In this document: piece after piece, positions 29,084-38,187 of the stretch
How positions within the stretch are numbered: position 1 is the stretch's first letter
Layout of the letters: every line of letters starts with the position of its first letter
Assembly (NCBI GenBank): GCA_015711725.1
Contig: JACVIX010000002.1
Span: forward strand, 1-54,979
Source: Candidatus Geothermincola primus
Lineage (GTDB): Bacteria > Actinomycetota > Geothermincolia > Geothermincolales > Geothermincolaceae
Direction of reading: 5' to 3'
Length of the DNA stretch: 54,979 nucleotides
Program-made: the position numbers and the translations under genes
Notes under the pieces: model-generated
The model's input: only the letters and a program-made list of their open reading frames with translations
The model's database searches: none
Told to the model about the DNA's origin: nothing

Positions 29084-31579
29084 ATGAAAGCAGTGATTAT
29101 GGCTGGCGGCCAGGGAACTAGACTTAGGCCGCTTACCAGCAGCATTCCCAAACCTATGCTTCCGGTTATCAACAAACCTATTATGGAGCACATAATTAAC
29201 CTTCTGAAAAGCCAAGGAATGTTGGAACTTTATGCCACCCTACAGTTTCTGCCTACGACTATAATAAATTATTTCGGGGATGGGAGCGATTTGGGGGTAA
29301 AGCTCTCTTATGTTTTAGAGCAGACCCCGTTGGGTACGGCGGGCAGTGTAAAGAATTGCGAAAATTTTCTGGAAGAGACCTTTTTGGTGATAAGCGGCGA
29401 TGCCTTGACAGATATCGATCTCACGCAAGCGATAGATTTTCATCGAGAAAAAGGGGCGGTGGCCACCCTAATATTGCTCAGAGTATCCAACCCGTTGGAA
29501 TATGGAATCGTGGTCACGGACGCGGAAGGGCGTATAGAAAGGTTCCTGGAGAAGCCCAATTGGGGCCAAGTATTCAGCGATACCGTCAACACGGGTATCT
29601 ATATCCTAGAACCAGAGATATTCAAGCATATTCCCAGAGATAAACCCTACGATTTCAGCCAAAACCTCTTCCCCCAGCTCCTGGAAAAAGGTTTCCCCCT
29701 TTTCGGATTTATTGGCGAGGGATACTGGTGCGATATAGGCAATTTTGCTCAATATATGCGAGCCCACAAGGATGTCCTGGAAGGGAAAGTCCGGCTGCAG
29801 CCAGAGGGGTTCGAAATAAGTAAAGGGGTTTGGTTGGGCGAGGAAGCGGAGATAGCGAGAGGCGCCACGGTCAAGGGACCCGTAGTTATAGGTTCCTATA
29901 GCAAAGTGGAAGAGGGAGTGATAATAAGGGAATACTCGGTCATTGGAAATAATATAGTCATAAAGAACAACTCTTTTATCCATCGAGCAGTGCTTTTTGA
30001 CAACTCCTATATTGGATCGGGATGCCACCTGCGTGGATGCGTTATCGGGAAAAACTGCGACCTCAAGGCGAATGTGAGGGTGGAAGAGGGAGTGGTGATA
30101 GGAGATGATTGTCTCGTGGGGGAAAACGCCCTTATCAATCACGATGTAAAGATATTCCCCTTCAAGACGGTGGAACCGGGAGCGATAGTAAACACTAGTA
30201 TTATATGGGAATCCAAGGGTATGCGCACTCTATTTGGTATGGGCAGAATATCCGGCATCATGAATGTGGATATTACACCAGAACAAGCAGTACGCATCGC
30301 CATGGCTTATGGAACCCTTCTTCCCAAAGGCTCGCATGTGGTCACCAGCAGGGATGCCTCAAGACAAGCTCGTACCATCAAGAGAGCTATCATCACGGGC
30401 TTGAACGCCACTGGTGTAAACGTATCGGATTTGGAGATCGCCCCCATACCGGTTAACCGACTTTATATTAAGACGCAGAGGGCAGCAGGGGGTGTGGACA
30501 TAAGGGTGTCGCCTTATGAAAATCAGTCTATTGAAATCCAATTTTTTGATAGTGAGGGTATAGATATCGGCGAGGCGATGCAGAGAAATATTGAGAAAGT
30601 ATATGCCCAGGCAGATTTTCGCAGAGCTTTTGCCAATGAAGTGGGAGCCATCAATTTTCCCCATCGCTCATTAGAGATATATTCCCAATCCCTTAGCGAA
30701 AAAATCGATGTCGATCTGTTGCGCAGCAGGCTTTTCAAGATAGTGGTCGACTGCGCTTATGGAAGCACTAGTATGGTTATCCCCAGCATCTTGGGGAAAT
30801 TAGGTTGCGAGGTGCTCATGCTTAATTCCTACATTGACGAGGAAAAGGCCTCTATCAGCATCGAGGATCTTTCCAGCAACATCAGGCAGGTCACCGATCT
30901 GGTAAAAAGCTCTGGCGCCGATCTAGGGGTGGTTTTGGACAGCTCCGGGGAAAGAATTTATATTATTGATGATCTTGGCGAGCACGTCGACTTGATTATA
31001 GCGCTACTTCTATACGTCAAACTTATCTCGGAGAGACATCGGCAAGAGAGCATAGCCGTCCCCGTTTCCGTCACCTCGCAGGTAGAGAGGATCGCAGAAA
31101 AAGCCGGTAACAGGATCATCAGGACCAAAGTAAGCAAAAGTGCGCTTATGGAAGAGGCGATGAGGTCCAATGTGATTTTTGCCGGGGCCAACGGAGGAGG
31201 GTATATATTCACCGAGTATATACCCGCTTACGATGGAGTTATTAGTATGGTGAAGCTGCTTGAGCTACTGGCTAACTCCAATAAATCACTGAGCGAGCAT
31301 ATTCGAGAAATTCCAAGGATATACTACTACACCTGCGATATTCCCACGTCTTGGGAGAATATCGGTTCCGTCATGAGAGGCATCAAGGAGAAAAACAGAA
31401 TCGGCAAGATGGATTATACCGACGGTATAAAGATTTTCGTGGATGACCGCAACTGGGTGCTTATTCTCCCCGATGCTGAGGAACCCCTTCTCCACATCAT
31501 AGTGGACGCGGAGAGCGGTGAAATGGGAGAGAGTCTGCTGAAAGAGTATCAAACCTTAGTGAAAGCGATGATAGAATAA
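29084..31579 (+). CDS. ManC-like sugar-phosphate nucleotidyltransferase fused to a left-handed beta-helix and a phosphohexomutase-like domain
   Basis: The N-terminus is 'AVIMAGGQGTRLRPLT'. Hexapeptide repeats occupy roughly residues 250-350. The C-terminal four-domain PGM/PMM-like region has degenerate catalytic motifs (see finding). Confidence 0.8.
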   Translation: MKAVIMAGGQGTRLRPLTSSIPKPMLPVINKPIMEHIINLLKSQGMLELYATLQFLPTTIINYFGDGSDLGVKLSYVLEQTPLGTAGSVKNCENFLEETFLVISGDALTDIDLTQAIDFHREKGAVATLILLRVSNPLEYGIVVTDAEGRIERFLEKPNWGQVFSDTVNTGIYILEPEIFKHIPRDKPYDFSQNLFPQLLEKGFPLFGFIGEGYWCDIGNFAQYMRAHKDVLEGKVRLQPEGFEISKGVWLGEEAEIARGATVKGPVVIGSYSKVEEGVIIREYSVIGNNIVIKNNSFIHRAVLFDNSYIGSGCHLRGCVIGKNCDLKANVRVEEGVVIGDDCLVGENALINHDVKIFPFKTVEPGAIVNTSIIWESKGMRTLFGMGRISGIMNVDITPEQAVRIAMAYGTLLPKGSHVVTSRDASRQARTIKRAIITGLNATGVNVSDLEIAPIPVNRLYIKTQRAAGGVDIRVSPYENQSIEIQFFDSEGIDIGEAMQRNIEKVYAQADFRRAFANEVGAINFPHRSLEIYSQSLSEKIDVDLLRSRLFKIVVDCAYGSTSMVIPSILGKLGCEVLMLNSYIDEEKASISIEDLSSNIRQVTDLVKSSGADLGVVLDSSGERIYIIDDLGEHVDLIIALLLYVKLISERHRQESIAVPVSVTSQVERIAEKAGNRIIRTKVSKSALMEEAMRSNVIFAGANGGGYIFTEYIPAYDGVISMVKLLELLANSNKSLSEHIREIPRIYYYTCDIPTSWENIGSVMRGIKEKNRIGKMDYTDGIKIFVDDRNWVLILPDAEEPLLHIIVDAESGEMGESLLKEYQTLVKAMIE

Positions 31580-31606
31580 TAATTACTAAAAAAGGAGATG
31601 GTTTAA

Positions 31607-32134
31607 TTGGAGTTCAAGCCTAACAGCGCGCTTCTAGTGATAGATATGCTCAATGATTTTATCAAAGAAGGCGGGGCATTGGTGGTGCCGAACGCCATAC
31701 GCATAGTTCCCGGATTACAGAAGGCGTTGGAATCCGCGAGAGAGAAGAATGTCCCAGTGATATATATAACTGATGCCCACCTTCCTAATGACCCAGAGTT
31801 TGCTGACTGGCCGCCCCATTCCATACAGGATAGCTGGGGAGGGCAGGTGGTGGATGAGCTAGCGCCCCAAAAAAACGACTATATAATCAAAAAGAGAAGG
31901 TACTCCGCTTTCTTCGGTACCGATTTAGAGCTATTATTGCGGGAGCTCTCCATTGTAAATCTCTATCTCACTGGGGTGCTCACCAATATATGTGTCTATG
32001 CTACCGCTTTAGATGCTCGCATGCGAGGCTTCAACGTAATCGTCTTCAAAGATTTGGTAGCTTCGCTATCCAGGGAGACCGATGAGTTTATCTTTGGGCA
32101 GTTGAGCGATGTGCTCAAAGCAGAGCTCTTATAA
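31607..32134 (+). CDS. isochorismatase-family cysteine hydrolase (nicotinamidase-like)
   Basis: Contains 'LLVIDMLNDF', 'RYSAFFGTDLELLLR' and the catalytic Cys in 'LTGVLTNICV'. Confidence 0.85.
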   Translation: MEFKPNSALLVIDMLNDFIKEGGALVVPNAIRIVPGLQKALESAREKNVPVIYITDAHLPNDPEFADWPPHSIQDSWGGQVVDELAPQKNDYIIKKRRYSAFFGTDLELLLRELSIVNLYLTGVLTNICVYATALDARMRGFNVIVFKDLVASLSRETDEFIFGQLSDVLKAELL

Positions 32135-32355
32135 TCTCAATTATCATATGCAAATCTCTTATAAATTTCGGGAGTTCAGAATAAACGCTTTAAAAATTAT
32201 GAACTTCTATTGGAATCTTCAATCTGCGAATGTTTAAGGAGTCAGCTTTTAACTTAAGCTAGGTGATTCTTTCTCCTTATCTTTACAAGCAACCCATCTA
32301 TCCTTTAAAACGAATCTATCGGCGTTTGATAATACTCTTTATCTGAGGTAGGATA

Positions 32356-33195
32356 ATGAGCCTTAGAGAGACAAAGAGGTCCAAGTGGAGATTGCTTCCG
32401 GTGTTGGAAGATAATGGTTACTGGCAGATGTCAATAGACCACTCTCTGCTAGACTCTGCACGCGCTGGTGATACTTTGCCAACCTTAAGGTTCTACAGAT
32501 GGACACCGCCGGCGCTTACCATTGGTCGCTTTCAATCTATTGAAGATATAGACCTTGACGCGTGCAAGCGATATGGGATTGATGTGGTAAGACGACCGAC
32601 AGGAGGAAGAGCGCTTCTCCATAAAGATGATTTTACCTATGCGCTGGTCTTTCCCCAAGGCTACGGGTTGCCATCATCGATTGAGGAATCGTATCTGTAT
32701 ATTTGCCGGGGAATAATCAAGGCTCTGCTGCTGGTAGGTTTGGAAGTGGATATAGCTACCCATGTTGGGTTTAGAAAGAAATCCTCGGAAGCCTGTTTCT
32801 CCATGCCCGCCTCGGCTGATCTATCATGTAGAGGCCTAAAAATATGCGGCAGCGCTCAGGTTAGAAAAGGAGGAGCGCTCTTACAACATGGCTCTATCAT
32901 GCTAAGAGACAATCATGAGCTTCTTTTTAAGCTTTTCCGCTACCCGTCGGAGAAGATAAAAGAGGAGCGGGAAAGAGAATACAGGCGACGATGCACAAAT
33001 CTGGAGAGAGAGGGCTTGAATCTAAGCTGGCGGGAGCTAGCCAACGCTTTTATCAGTGGATTCGAGGAAACATTCTGGGTAAAGATGGTTCCGGGCGACT
33101 TTTTCGCAGAAGAGCTACGTTTAGCGGAAAAATTTTATGACCATTATAAATCTACATCTTGGTTGCTCTACTCTAAGGAAAACCACATCCAGTAA
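32356..33195 (+). CDS. lipoate-protein ligase / octanoyltransferase family protein (LplA/LipM-like)
   Basis: BPL/LPL catalytic-domain motifs 'RRPTGGRALLH' and 'GLKICGSAQVRKGGALLQHGSI'. Confidence 0.8.
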   Translation: MSLRETKRSKWRLLPVLEDNGYWQMSIDHSLLDSARAGDTLPTLRFYRWTPPALTIGRFQSIEDIDLDACKRYGIDVVRRPTGGRALLHKDDFTYALVFPQGYGLPSSIEESYLYICRGIIKALLLVGLEVDIATHVGFRKKSSEACFSMPASADLSCRGLKICGSAQVRKGGALLQHGSIMLRDNHELLFKLFRYPSEKIKEEREREYRRRCTNLEREGLNLSWRELANAFISGFEETFWVKMVPGDFFAEELRLAEKFYDHYKSTSWLLYSKENHIQ

Positions 33196-33325
33196 TGGTC
33201 AAAATTTAATCTTTGCGCTTTTTATATAAAATTAACACAGCGCAAACTTTATCACGAGGTAAGCAAAAAGAGGCGGTTCTTTATATATTAAATAGGTTAA
33301 TTAGAGCCAGGTTAGCTTGTTAAAC

Positions 33326-33353
33326 GAACGGGGTTAGAAGAACGGGGTTAGAT
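33326..33353. repeat. 14-bp tandem direct repeat upstream of the RsiG-like ORF
   Basis: GAACGGGGTTAGAA (33326-39) is followed by GAACGGGGTTAGAT (33340-53), 13 of 14 positions identical. Confidence 0.9.
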
Positions 33354-33477
33354 ATACACGGCTATTTGCTGCAAGATGCGTGAGCTTATTCATTGTCTGG
33401 CGAATCGGGCACAATCTAGATAAAAGGATGAAGTGATGCTAATATTTAGTTAAGTTATAAAGGAAGAGGAGGAGCAA

Positions 33478-33768
33478 ATGGAGGAATTAGATAGCGAGAG
33501 GGCGCATGACATCTTCATCGATTATTCTCAGAAAAATGACCAGGAATTGAAAGAAATATTGAACGCATTGCTCAAGGAAGAACGGGAGATTTCCAAGCGA
33601 CGGAGGTTATTGCATGGAAAGATCGATCTTTTGAGGGCAGAGCTAGTCAAGAGGAAGAGGGAAAGGCTTCAGACTGGCGAGTCTATAATTTCCGACGCCG
33701 ATATTGAAAGATTGTCTAGCATTTTGGTGGGTATGGTTGAGGAAAAATCACAGGACAAAGAAGGGTGA
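33478..33768 (+). CDS. small coiled-coil protein with a single RsiG-like c-di-GMP-binding motif (hypothesis)
   Basis: 96 aa with strong SD GGAGGAGGAG upstream. The predicted helix carries E35-x3-S39-x2-R42-x3-H46-x3-D50. Confidence 0.45.
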   Translation: MEELDSERAHDIFIDYSQKNDQELKEILNALLKEEREISKRRRLLHGKIDLLRAELVKRKRERLQTGESIISDADIERLSSILVGMVEEKSQDKEG

Positions 33769-34113
33769 GGGGATACCCCCACCTCGCTAATATGCTTTCA
33801 ACTAAATTACGCCAAGAACTCTAATAAATAAGAAGTGGGCAATTATAAATAAATATCATCGCGGTGAGGTATTGAGATTTAAATAGCGTGAAAAAATATT
33901 GTAAGATAAATCCCTAGCCTCGAATTATCCCTAACCTTTAAACATCAAGTAGCGCTTTAAATTTTCACACATGAGTTATAAAATAAGTCTCAGCGATATT
34001 AAAAAGTAATTTCAAGCGATAATGCTCATGGTTTCGCGCAAGAGTTTATGAGAGAAAACCATAAATGGGTATCGCGCTAAAGCTATAGTAAAAATTTATT
34101 TGGAGGGGTTGAA

Positions 34114-34596
34114 ATGCGCTGTAATAGCTGTGGTAGCCAAATACCGGAAGGGAGCTATATCTGCAATCAATGTGGTCGACCTATTGAGGGAAAAGAGATT
34201 AGGCGCGACACCACTTCCAGTCTCCCAGTGGTAGAAACTGAGAGCGGAGAGGAGATAGAGATAGTCTTAGCCCCTGAGGCAATCGTCAGCGGCGAAGCCA
34301 TTTTAGTTATAAAGAAGGGGCCCGAGGCGGGAGCGAGGTTCACTATCAACAAACCGGTGACCACAGCGGGCAGGCACCCGGAGAGCGATATTTTTCTAGA
34401 TGATATAACCGTCTCCAGGAGACACCTGGAGATAAGGAGAATAGATGACCAGTTTGAAATCGTAGATGTAGGCTCGCTCAATGGTACTTATGTGAACAAG
34501 GAGAGAATAGACAGGTCCATCTTGAAGAATGGGGACGAGATCCAGATAGGGAAGTTCAAGATGATCTTCTTTATGGGAAGCAAGCGGAGGCAGTGA
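34114..34596 (+). CDS. garA: GarA/OdhI-type FHA-domain regulator with added N-terminal zinc ribbon
   Basis: The FHA core 'AGRHPESDIFLDDITVSRRHLEI...VDVGSLNGTYVN...GDEIQIGKF' is near-identical in pattern to GarA/OdhI as I recall them. 'RRDTTSS' resembles the GarA ETTS phospho-threonine motif. The N-terminus is 'CNSCGSQIPEGSYICNQCG'. Confidence 0.85.
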   Translation: MRCNSCGSQIPEGSYICNQCGRPIEGKEIRRDTTSSLPVVETESGEEIEIVLAPEAIVSGEAILVIKKGPEAGARFTINKPVTTAGRHPESDIFLDDITVSRRHLEIRRIDDQFEIVDVGSLNGTYVNKERIDRSILKNGDEIQIGKFKMIFFMGSKRRQ

Positions 34597-35327
34597 TGGC
34601 GAAAGACGATGAATTAATGGGTATAGGCGAGCTCTTGAAATCTTTAGCAGATGAATTCCCAGAGCTGACTATAAGTAAGATAAGATTTCTAGAGAACGAG
34701 GGCTTGCTAAGCCCTGAAAGGACCCCCAGTGGTTACCGGAAGTTCAGCAAGGTGGACGCGCAGAGGCTGAGATTTATCTTAAAGCTTCAGAAAGAGAGAT
34801 ATCTTCCACTAAAAGTTATAAAGGAAAAGTTGAGAGATATTGAAAGTGGGAGAATAAAGGCATCAGATTTTTCTCTCGGCGATCTAGCAGAAGATGAGAT
34901 GTTCGGGGGCGAGAATGCTGTTGAGGAAACCACCATGCTCAAGTCGGATGTTCCCGAAGCTCTGGGCATCCCGTTGAATTTCGTCGATGAGCTGATCGAG
35001 CATAAATTGATCTGTCCCCATACGGGGGAAGATGGCGAATATTTAGAAAAAGAGGATGTAAGAATTATAAGAATCGCCAATGATTTCAAAAGATATGGCA
35101 TAGAGCCCAGGCATCTGCGCATGTACAAGAATATTACCGATAGGGAGGAAGAACTCTTCGAGAGCCTGTTTAAACCCTTCTTGAAGCAGAAAGACGCGGA
35201 GGCAAAGAGGTCGGCGGTGGAGGACCTGATCAACCTTACCAACATGAGCCGCGAAATAAAGGACCTACTTTTAAAAAATAGGATAAAACCATATCTAAAA
35301 CAGTTGGATTATAAACCTCTCTTTTGA
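34593..35327 (+). CDS. MerR-family transcriptional regulator (Rv1828/FtsR-like)
   Basis: MerR HTH 'ISKIRFLENEGLLSPERTPSGYRKFS'. Its start overlaps the garA stop by 4 nt, as in the actinobacterial garA-merR arrangement. Confidence 0.85.
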   Translation: MMAKDDELMGIGELLKSLADEFPELTISKIRFLENEGLLSPERTPSGYRKFSKVDAQRLRFILKLQKERYLPLKVIKEKLRDIESGRIKASDFSLGDLAEDEMFGGENAVEETTMLKSDVPEALGIPLNFVDELIEHKLICPHTGEDGEYLEKEDVRIIRIANDFKRYGIEPRHLRMYKNITDREEELFESLFKPFLKQKDAEAKRSAVEDLINLTNMSREIKDLLLKNRIKPYLKQLDYKPLF

Positions 35328-35337
35328 AAGCTGAGGA

Positions 35338-35862
35338 GTGGAATTGTCCGAGAAATTCCCCCCACTCATCGCCGACCGTATGTGCGGAAAACTTGCTAAA
35401 TACCTGCGCATCATGGGATTCGAAGTATGTTACCCCCCAGCTATGACAGACATAAATCTTATTGGTATGGCTATAAGAAAATCGGCGGTATTGCTGACGC
35501 GAGATCGATGGATTGAGGAGAAAATGAGGGATTCTTCTCGAGCGGATCAAGTAATCCTGCTTAAAAGCGATGACGTCTACCAGCAGGTGTGTCATGTGCT
35601 GGACAGGTTAGGGATAGCTGGCCCTCCCTTTGTTGACAACGCGAGGTGTATCTATTGCGGCGGTGAGCTCTTGGAGTTAAATGCGTGGGAAGCCAAAAAC
35701 TTAGTCCCACCTTACGTTTTCAGAACCCAGATAGAAATCTTTCACTGCCCCATCTGTAACCTCCAGTTCTGGAAAGGGACACAGTGGCAAAGTTTTGAAG
35801 GGAGGTTGGTTAACTTCTCGAAAACTTATAGCGAGGGGAAGAAAATCAGTGAAAACAGCTAG
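35338..35862 (+). CDS. Mut7-C RNase domain (DUF82) protein
   Basis: PIN-like N-terminus 'MCGKLAKYLRIMGFE' and a C-terminal zinc ribbon 'CIYCGG...CPICN'. Confidence 0.7.
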   Translation: MELSEKFPPLIADRMCGKLAKYLRIMGFEVCYPPAMTDINLIGMAIRKSAVLLTRDRWIEEKMRDSSRADQVILLKSDDVYQQVCHVLDRLGIAGPPFVDNARCIYCGGELLELNAWEAKNLVPPYVFRTQIEIFHCPICNLQFWKGTQWQSFEGRLVNFSKTYSEGKKISENS

Positions 35863-36006
35863 AAGATACCATGGTAGATATATCGCAGTAACCCAGAATC
35901 TTTTAGCCCCTACATCCAATTAATTTGCCAGATAAACCCATTAGCCCACGCTACCTTTGCCATTTTATGACGGTAAGTAATTTGGCCCTTCTCAGTGATG
36001 CTTAAC

Positions 36007-36042
36007 TTTTTTCTTTGATTTCGTTGGCAATCAAAGAAAAAA
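36007..36042. repeat. perfect 13-bp inverted repeat
   Basis: TTTTTTCTTTGAT (36007-36019) and ATCAAAGAAAAAA (36030-36042) are separated by a 10-nt loop. Confidence 0.9.
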
Positions 36043-36330
36043 GAACTCTTGAAATTTAATGACGAGCGAAACGGATATTATGCGATTTAAACGTATAGCT
36101 AAGACGGGCATATCGCAAATAAATTTACGCCAAAATGATATAGATTGGTCGTCAATAGATCGATTAACCCACGACGTTTTTCAAGCCCCAAAGCGGATGA
36201 TATATTTTATTAAGAGATTTTCTGCAGTCAATCAATACCGCAAAGGGGATGGATTCGGGTAAAATGTTTTCGATAGCGTCTAGCCTGCAAATGCGGTGAA
36301 CGTTTTCGGGAACCAAATTGCGGGAAATGA

Positions 36331-38145
36331 GTGATAAGCATGATCTACTTTTCGGATATAACAGGCAGGAAAGTCCTGGACAAGCTGGGTAGGCAGCTGG
36401 GAAAGGTCTATGACATCGGAGTTGACATACGCGAGAAACTGCCCACCAGCAACGCCCTTATCATTCTTAAAACCAAACGTGGTAAAAGAAGTTTTCTCAC
36501 AGTCCCCTGGGGGTACGTAAGCTCAATATCTCATAATGACAAAATAATCCTAGATGCGACTGCAGAGGAAGTTCAAAACATAGAAACTGTAAGTGCTGAT
36601 TTTCAGCTGGGGAAAAATCTTTTAGACTCTCAGATCGTTGACCTTCATGGAAGAAGAGTTCTGAGGGCAAACGATCTGATCCTCGCGGAGTTCGATACTA
36701 CACTGGTGCTCACTGGGGTGGATATAAGCGCGGCTGGAATTTTAAGAAGGCTTGGCTTGAAGAAACCTTTTGAGGTTTTTCTAAGGTTTATGGGCATGGG
36801 GTTAGAGGAGAAGACCATAGCCTGGAATTACGTAGCCACCGTTGACATACAACCAGAAGGGATAAAGCTGAAAATTGCACGGGATCAATTAAAGACCTTG
36901 AGGCCCTCCGATATTGCGGACATCCTGGAACAGCTTGATCCCGAAATGAGGATGAAGACACTGGATATTCTCGATATTTATACCGCCGCGGAGTCATTAT
37001 CCGAGGTGGAAATAGAACACCAGATGGACATTTTCAAGGAATTGGGAGAGGTGCGCGCCTCAGAGATTCTTGAGAAGATGCCGCCCGACGAGGCCACGGA
37101 CATCTTAGGGTTGCTTCCCAGGGATAAGGCGGAGAGGTTGTTGAGCATCATGAGTCCCCAGAAAGCATCTACCATTAGAGAGCTCATGGGCTATGAAGAG
37201 CATACGGCGGGTGGTAGAATGACCACCGAATTTATTTCGGTCCCTACCCATTGGACAGTGGAGGAGTGCATCGATTACTTAAGAGAGAAAGGGCCTTCTG
37301 CGGAGACCATCTACTATACGTATGTAATCGACGATGAGGGAAGGTTGAAAGGGGTTGTATCCTTGCGCGATTTGCTTATGTCAGATCCCTCTGTTCCTTT
37401 GGAACAAATCATGTCCTATGACGTTCTGTCGGTCAGTGTTGCTGATGATCAGGAGACTGTGGCGGACGCGATCAATAAATATAATTTCCTGGCTTTGCCT
37501 GTGGTGGATGACAACAACGTCCTGAAGGGCATAATCACCGTCGACGACATGATTGACGTGCTGGTTGAAGAATCGAGAGAGGACATCTCCCAGATAAGCG
37601 GCATAACTTATGAGAGGGCTGGCTGGATTTCTGCATTGACGTCAAGGCTGCCCGTTATTTTTTTAACCATTGTTGGCGGACTCCTCGCGTCACTCATTAT
37701 CAATCTCTTCCGCGGAAGTATTGTCTATGCCGTACCATTGATTTTCTTCTTGCCTATATTCTTCAGGACGAATCAGGACATAATTCTCCTAGGACAGGCT
37801 ATTCTGTTGGATAGTTTGGGCGGTAAAGAATTGAGCTGGAAAAACTGCATTATATTGGGATTTTCCGAATTAAAAGCGGTGTTGGTAATCGCGTTGGCTA
37901 TTGCGATAAGCTGTGTCCCCTTCGCACTATGGTGGCATGATAGCATTAGGCTCGCCTTAGTGGTCTGCGCCTCCATTTTAGTGACAATAACGCTTTCGAC
38001 ACTGTTAAGTTCCATTATGGTAATGGCACGATTACGCCTGGGGGCCGATAGTAACACCTATCAGTCAAGATTTATCTCATTGATCATAGTTGCCGTTACG
38101 CTCTTTGTTTATCTGGGAATGGCAAACTTACTTATTAGAAGATAA
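36331..38145 (+). CDS. MgtE-like protein with N-terminal PRC-barrel and a divergent transmembrane domain
   Basis: PRC-barrel-like N-terminus 'FSDITGRKVLDKLGRQLGKVYDI', MgtE N-domain 'PSDIADILEQLDPEMRMKTLDIL', a CBS pair, and five predicted TM segments. The ATG at 36340 is the likely start. Confidence 0.75.
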   Translation: MISMIYFSDITGRKVLDKLGRQLGKVYDIGVDIREKLPTSNALIILKTKRGKRSFLTVPWGYVSSISHNDKIILDATAEEVQNIETVSADFQLGKNLLDSQIVDLHGRRVLRANDLILAEFDTTLVLTGVDISAAGILRRLGLKKPFEVFLRFMGMGLEEKTIAWNYVATVDIQPEGIKLKIARDQLKTLRPSDIADILEQLDPEMRMKTLDILDIYTAAESLSEVEIEHQMDIFKELGEVRASEILEKMPPDEATDILGLLPRDKAERLLSIMSPQKASTIRELMGYEEHTAGGRMTTEFISVPTHWTVEECIDYLREKGPSAETIYYTYVIDDEGRLKGVVSLRDLLMSDPSVPLEQIMSYDVLSVSVADDQETVADAINKYNFLALPVVDDNNVLKGIITVDDMIDVLVEESREDISQISGITYERAGWISALTSRLPVIFLTIVGGLLASLIINLFRGSIVYAVPLIFFLPIFFRTNQDIILLGQAILLDSLGGKELSWKNCIILGFSELKAVLVIALAIAISCVPFALWWHDSIRLALVVCASILVTITLSTLLSSIMVMARLRLGADSNTYQSRFISLIIVAVTLFVYLGMANLLIRR

Positions 38146-38187
38146 TTTTCATGCTTAGTGGAACCGAGGAAATATTAAAGAGGCGAT

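Noticed and set aside
35863-36330. M-box (Mg2+) riboswitch upstream of the MgtE-like gene, and the 67-aa ORF 36059..36262.
   Set aside because: No M-box-like conserved segments are visible. The 67-aa ORF has no SD and an unremarkable composition.
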